Below, in pieces: positions 43,901-64,000 of a stretch of DNA of 64,000 bases (position 1 is its first letter; each line of letters starts with the position of its first letter). The DNA lies in assembly GCA_963693365.1 (NCBI GenBank), contig CAVNZM010000011.1, forward strand, positions 6,343,921 to 6,407,920. The letters are read 5' to 3'. A model generated the notes under the pieces. It was not told where the DNA came from. It worked only from the letters and a program-made list of their open reading frames with translations, and did no database searches. Source of the stretch: Amoebidium appalachense (taxonomy: Eukaryota; Protista; Ichthyosporea). The translations under genes and the position numbers were made by a program.

Positions 43901-44419
43901 TTTCCTACTTGGGCCCCCTATTGAGGATGGGTTCTGCTTGTGTTACATTCTGCACGCACTGCTGATTTTGCATGTTTGAATATTTTTTTTTCACGTGCCC
44001 TCTACCGTGTTTCTCATCGTGTAGTGGTACTTCGTGCCGTGTTCCGCATTCAAACCCCCCCCCCCCCTCCCTCCCTTTGCTCCAAACACACACACACAAA
44101 CGCACCACGCATGCACACACGTCCCCCCCCCCTTCTCCCCCTCGCCCCCTGGCCGCACGTGCACATGCACACACACACACACACGACCCCCCCCCCCCCC
44201 CCCCCCCCCCCTTTTTTTTGTTCCCCCCCTTTACAGCAAGTTCAGCCAACACACGGGCACACACAGACCTCCCAGCCCCACACCGCATCTCCCGACGGCG
44301 TTACTACGGCCACCGACCAAGGACCCCCCATTATGCCCTCAGATGACGATAGCGATGACGAGGAATTTTTGGATGCTGAAGAGTGGGTTGAGCCCCCGCC
44401 GAAAATTGTCGTGGTGTAG
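41746..44419 (+). CDS. Uncharacterised spliced protein with C-terminal FFAT-like motif
   Basis: Candidate exons 41746-41985 (|gtaagt), 43652-43771 (GIFDWALGWLG...AAKK) and 44237-44419 (SDDDSDDEEFLDAEEW...stop). Middle exons and the link to the first exon are uncertain. Confidence 0.5.
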
Positions 44420-45339
44420 GGGGACTCTGGATAGATACCCCCATCTTGGCCCCTGGAAAACACACACGCACACACATGCGCGCACACAAACACACACACG
44501 CACATACGCACACGCACACACACACACACAACACACACAGGCACAGACACACACACACACACACACACATGACAGTAGAATCTTAACGCTTGTGGTCATA
44601 GCGCATGCGCGCAGCATGGACACACACGCACACACAGGGACACGTACCCGCACACACATGCACAGGCACACGAGCGCACACACACAGAAACACAAGCACC
44701 TGCCTAGACTTGTACAGAGCACCCATAGGTGGTTTGCATTTAATTCCTCCAGATGTTTGCAGCGTGCCGATAGCTGGTTTACCCTTTGTGCATTTTCTTA
44801 TCATTAGTGTAAACGGAACGAACACTTTGTGTATTGTATCTGGACACAGCTCTGCACATATTTCGAACATATCACTTCTTGTATTAAGGTGTCTCTATTT
44901 CTACGTCGTTTGTTTATAATTTGACTCCATCAATAGATTCAACAGCTATTTGGGGGGGTGTCAGTGTGATATATGTACACAAAAAAATTACCTGGGATTA
45001 TTGTCTCTGAATAGTTGGTAAACATATCCCCATAACACAAATTTGTTAGATATTTGTATATGCTACTACTAATGTGATTGCGACGTTCAACAGGGCTATA
45101 TTGGCGGGATTTTCCTCTTTTGGGAAATCCGATCAGAATTCGTGTGTTGTTGTTCTTTAAGGAGATACCTTAACAGGATCAAGCACATGGAGGTTTTTAA
45201 TCTCATGAATGACTTGGCTGTACCATTTTTGCGCTTTACCTTTTTTGGTTAGGAATGCTTTGGTTTTATTGGACCAATAAAGATGTGTGTTTAGCTGGTC
45301 TGGTGTGATATTGCCATGCCTTAATTACTAATGGACCCC

Positions 45340-45376
<37 letters not shown>

Positions 45377-45468
45377 ATAACAAATAAAAAATGCTGTGCA
45401 TGATTCATTGGTAATTTCGATCACGGTTGTACTACGTATCTATGTGGGTGAGGTTGTGCCGCAGAGCA

Positions 45469-45575
<107 letters not shown>

Positions 45576-45855
45576 TGTAACTATACATATGGGACACAGC
45601 GTGGGCCTAGGAGTGTGTCCATGTGTGCGGGTGTGTCACTGCAGGTGTGTGTGCAACGTGTGTGGATGTGTACAAGTGTGTCTGTGTCTGTGTCTCTGCA
45701 CGCTCACATACACTCGCACATGTTTATAGTGTAAAGGTGCATGCGCGTGTACGTACGTCTCTCTCTCTCTGTGTATATACACACTTGTGTGAGGTGTAGA
45801 TCTCAATCAGATTGTGTGTATATTGTACCCATCGATTGGGGGGAGGGGGGGCCCC

Positions 45856-45908
<53 letters not shown>

Positions 45909-46164
45909 GGCAGTTATCAGACCAGAAAAGAACTGATTTCTGTGCTGATATAAGATGATACTTGTGTGGGAAGGGTGTAGTACCCCAACATTTTGGTGTT
46001 TTATCCATTTCCCCCCCCCCCCCCCCCTCCCCCCGTGTACGGTAACTGCCTTACCATGGCATGCACTCTTTTATTAACTTTGCTGAAAACTAGAAACGTA
46101 TTGCGGTTAGTCGTGTTTCTATTCGTGCATGAAAGATGCTCGCGTCTTGGGTACAAAAGGTTGG

Positions 46165-46497
46165 TGCACCAGTACCCTGAACGACCGTTAAGCTTATGGT
46201 GGACTGCGAGCACCACCCATGTGAGTGTGTGAGTAATCGCTGTGTGCGCATACGTAGTCGCTGTGTGTGCGCGTGGTACGTGTGCGTGTGTATGCGTGTG
46301 CATGATCATGCGTGCATGCCTGTGTGCGTTTGCACCAGTACCCTGAACGGCCGTTAAGCTTATGGTGGACTGCGAGCACCACCCATGTGAGTGTGTGAGT
46401 AATCGCTGTGTGCGCATACGTAGTCGCTGTGTGTGCGCGTGGTACGTGTGCGTGTGTATGCGTGTGCATGATCATGCGTGCATGCCTGTGTGCGTTT
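46165..46497. repeat. Two-copy tandem duplication of ~166 bp
   Basis: tgcaccagtaccctgaacg...cccat|gtgagt...tgtgcgttt repeated almost exactly. Confidence 0.9.
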
Positions 46498-47220
46498 GCT
46501 GTTTTGCCGTTTTAACGTGCCCACACGGGACCTGGTTTGTACATGTTTACTCAGTCTGATGGTTCCTTGCCATACATTTATCCGAACACCACACCGTTGT
46601 ACATTCACCATACATTCGCGTTTAGCCTAATGCTAACGGGGGGAAGCAAACATAGACGTCCACACGGGCTAAACAGTATTTTTTAATCGAAGAAGTGCCT
46701 ATAGGCGCACAGATTCTGTATACAGTTTGTAAAGATTGAGTGCACAGACTGGTCTTTAAGCTGCCCAGCTGGTAAAAACCGTTAACTACCGTCACCATAG
46801 ATAACCGAAACACCCCCCCCCCCCCCCCCCCAAAAAAAAAAAAAACCCATCCACCACAAAACCATCAAGAACAAAAAGGATGTCTTTCTTTGCCCGCCCC
46901 TAATATTAGTTCTTCTATATGAGTTCTTTGCTGTGGAAGCTGTGCAGACAAGAAATAATTCAATACGTTTTGTTGTGGCAGGAGGGAAATCGGCCCCACT
47001 CTTTTATCGCTACCGGCTACAGTTTGTTTGTGTTTTTTTTTTTTTCAGGGTGGTGGTGGGGGTGAGGGGAGGGGGGGGGGGGAGTGGGGGGGGGAGTGGG
47101 GAATTTATATTAACAGGAAAGAATATCAAGAAAAATCGCATCAGCTGGCAGATTGTGGCTGTTGCCTCTTCACCGTAATCATGATGTCGACAGTGGGGTG
47201 TTTAGCGACTATGGACACAG

Positions 47221-47340
<120 letters not shown>

Positions 47341-47517
47341 GTGTGTGCGTGCGTGTGTGTGTGCGTGTGCGTGTGTATGTGTGTTTTTTTTTGTGTGTGT
47401 GCGTGTGAGTGTGCGTGTGCGTGCGCGTGTGTGTGTGTGCGTGTGTGTGTGTGCGTGTGTTTCGGATGTGTTTGTGCGTGCGCGCAGTGTCCACCGTGTT
47501 TGCGTGTGTATGTGTGG

Positions 47518-47554
<37 letters not shown>

Positions 47555-47857
47555 TGTGTGTGTTAGTGTGTGGTTTGCACACTAATATAAGCGTTGGCAG
47601 CAGGAGCCACCCGGGGGGGAGGGGGGAGGGGGGGAGGGGGGGGGAGGGGGGGAGGGGGGGGGGGGGGGGGGGGAGGATGTAATGCATTAGAAGGTTGGAG
47701 TTATGGACGGGGAGACATCAGAAGACAAAACACAAAACGTTACAAAAATACAAAAATGAGGAATCAAACCACAAAAAAAAACACATGCAGGCAGCAGACA
47801 CTTGAACAGAGCCCACCATCAGGGGAGCTCCCATGCCATACAAAAAAAAAAAAAAAA

Positions 47858-47902
<45 letters not shown>

Positions 47903-47947
47903 CGACTCCTCAACCTTTCAAACAAGAGGTGAAGGGGGGGAAGGCGA

Positions 47948-47978
<31 letters not shown>

Positions 47979-48982
47979 AAGGGGGGGGGGGCTAAGGCAC
48001 CCACCATTCGTATGTAAGTTTTTTATTTTACCGAAGGTAATAGACTGTCCCTTCCGCCCTTTTCTCGGAACGAACGAATTTACGGGCAAGCATGAGGTCT
48101 GCAACGAAAAATTGCATGTCAGTATGGGAAGAATTATCTCGCCTCATTTTTTTTTTCTTTTTTGGAAATCTGACAGTAATTCAATATTCAAGGGAACATT
48201 TTCTTGTCAAATCTTTGCCAACATGGGGGACTTTGATCAATTCCGAACTTGGAAGGGAATATCTAGGCTTTCAAATTCATGCAAATTTTGGAAGATAATT
48301 GCAATCCTTCCGCTGGGATACATCACAAAAACTGCTAGGGGCGACTTTGCAAGTGAGGGGAGGAACTGATGTCACTCAAATAACATTTATCAAAATACGT
48401 TATCACGACCCTGCAAGCTTTTTGAAAAAAAAATATATTCCAGAAGTTTGTGAAGGTATCTCTTATAATCGTCACCTCTCTTATAATGGGTGGCAAAAAA
48501 GAAAAGAAAACAAGAAAAAGGGTATGTCAATTAGGAAACATCTCCCCTGTGTATGTGCCTAGAACGGAACACAGATGCGATTCCAGTTTATGGACATATA
48601 ATAAGGAAGAGAGGGGTTATCTCACCCCTGTAATTTAGGAAAGATAGAAACTTCACGGTGCAACGAACCACCACCTACAATACGGGAAGCTTCGACCTGT
48701 CACTTAAACAAATAAATGTTCGGGCCACACGCACCTTTGAACACTGTTGCTTTCTTGATGTTGCTAACAACATTCAACCAAGGATGGTACACGTTGCCCC
48801 ATAATTCTAAAACGGAAGGCAGGGGAGGGGGAGGGAGGGAGGCTGGTGGGGGGGGGGGGAGGGGGGGGGGGGGGAAGGGAAAAAGGGGGAAAGAGAGGGG
48901 GGGGGGGGAGGGGGGGGGAGGGGGAGGGCAGAGTGGGTGTGTGGGAGGAAGAGGGGGAGGAGGGAGAGGGGGAGGGGGGCAC

Positions 48983-57596
<8,614 letters not shown>

Positions 57597-57959
57597 GTTG
57601 CCAAGATGAAAAAAAAGACCCACAAGGACGAGACGCAAGGACTTATTGAAGAAGGGAACCGAAAGTGTATGCGAGAAACTTAACAGAATAAGCATGCGCA
57701 GTGAATTTGACTGCGGGGGACTTTCGTGCAAACTTCGCTAAAACCGAGCCTTCATTCTATGTAGGAAAGGGTGGGAAGAAGAGGTGTTGGGGGAGGGGAG
57801 TAAGGGCGAGCCGGAGGGAGGAGGTGGAGGGGGTAAAGGGGGGGAAGGTTTTGCGACACAATGGCTTATGAAAAACACTTAATAATAGAGTAGTAAAGTG
57901 ACACCCTCACGGTGTTTTGCTGTGAATGTAGGACCTGAGGGCAGCCTTGTGGACTCTTG

Positions 57960-58085
57960 AAGTATGACGTAACAGCTACAGGCACGCCAATCATATCGCT
58001 TCCTTGATTTCAATTATCCAATCAGAAAGACGTGATTTAGTTTTGGCGGGAAGCTTTCCGCCAATCATCTGTGAGTCACGTAATC
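57960..58085. promoter_or_regulatory. Putative bidirectional promoter with three CCAAT boxes and an E2F site
   Basis: CCAATCA at 57987, 58018 and 58061; TTTTGGCGGGAA at ~58041-58052; lies between the divergent Ask1-like and SH3 genes. Confidence 0.5.
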
Positions 58086-58505
58086 CCAAAAAGTAGAAAG
58101 AAGAAGCAAAAAAAAGGAAGCCTGTGAAAGAGAGTTCAAGAGAGTAGGGGAGAGAGGAGGTTTAGTAAATGTATGTTCTGTGAGGGTGGGCATGCCACCG
58201 CAAGTTTCATTTATCTTGCAAGAAAGCGGCTAAGTCGTCATAGTAAGGCATCTTTGCAGATCCACGCCACATTGTCTTGAACCATCAGAGGTGCATCGTT
58301 CGACCTTGCATGTCTGGCTACGGCAACATTCAGAGAGGGAACACAGGGAGACCATGTTTTTGTAGTGAATCGCTCACGCGGATGTATCTAGTTAAGCTTT
58401 TCTTATACAAATTTGTAAGTTACTCCATGAGTGGTTGTGTTAGGGTAGTCAACTTTTGATGCCTGCAAGCAGTGTCATTGGTTTTTTGTGGATACCACAC
58501 CGAAG

Positions 58506-63880
<5,375 letters not shown>

Positions 63881-64000
63881 TGTCTCTCCGCCCCTCCCCC
63901 CTCCCCCCCCCCCCCTCCCCCCCCCGCGGCTCCCAACACGCACACACGCACGCATGCATGCACGCATGGGCACGCGCACACGCACACACACCCTTTCCTT

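Noticed and set aside
47899-47915. tRNA or SINE from the GGTTCGACTCC B-box
   Set aside because: No A-box or cloverleaf; it directly follows a poly-G tract.

Overview
Intron-rich eukaryotic DNA saturated with (CA/TG)n, poly-C/poly-G and (GA)n tracts. Most ORFs in the supplied track are microsatellite artefacts. Manual splicing recovers six genes: (i) a PPOX2/Alr4036-type FMN-binding protein (-, runs off the left end); (ii) a Sec14 + tyrosine-phosphatase gene of PTPN9/PTP-MEG2 architecture (-); (iii) a poly-Q, AT-hook protein with an MRTF-like basic motif (+); (iv) an unknown protein ending in an FFAT motif (+); (v) a DASH/Dam1 Ask1-like gene (-); (vi) a gene with two SH3 domains (+). There are also a ribokinase pseudogene, two decayed LINE fragments, three MITEs and a 71-bp palindromic tandem array. 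The gene mix suggests a unicellular holozoan (inference only). The most striking signal is about 20 copies of three divergent repeat families that end in poly-C and look like Penelope-like pseudo-LTRs. The least-truncated copies of all three families share a covarying ~160-nt RNA fold containing the full hammerhead-ribozyme core (CUGANGA, GAAA, GUH) in a non-canonical, pseudoknotted strand order with palindromic loops. All identifications are by eye from remembered family motifs; no searches or folding were run.
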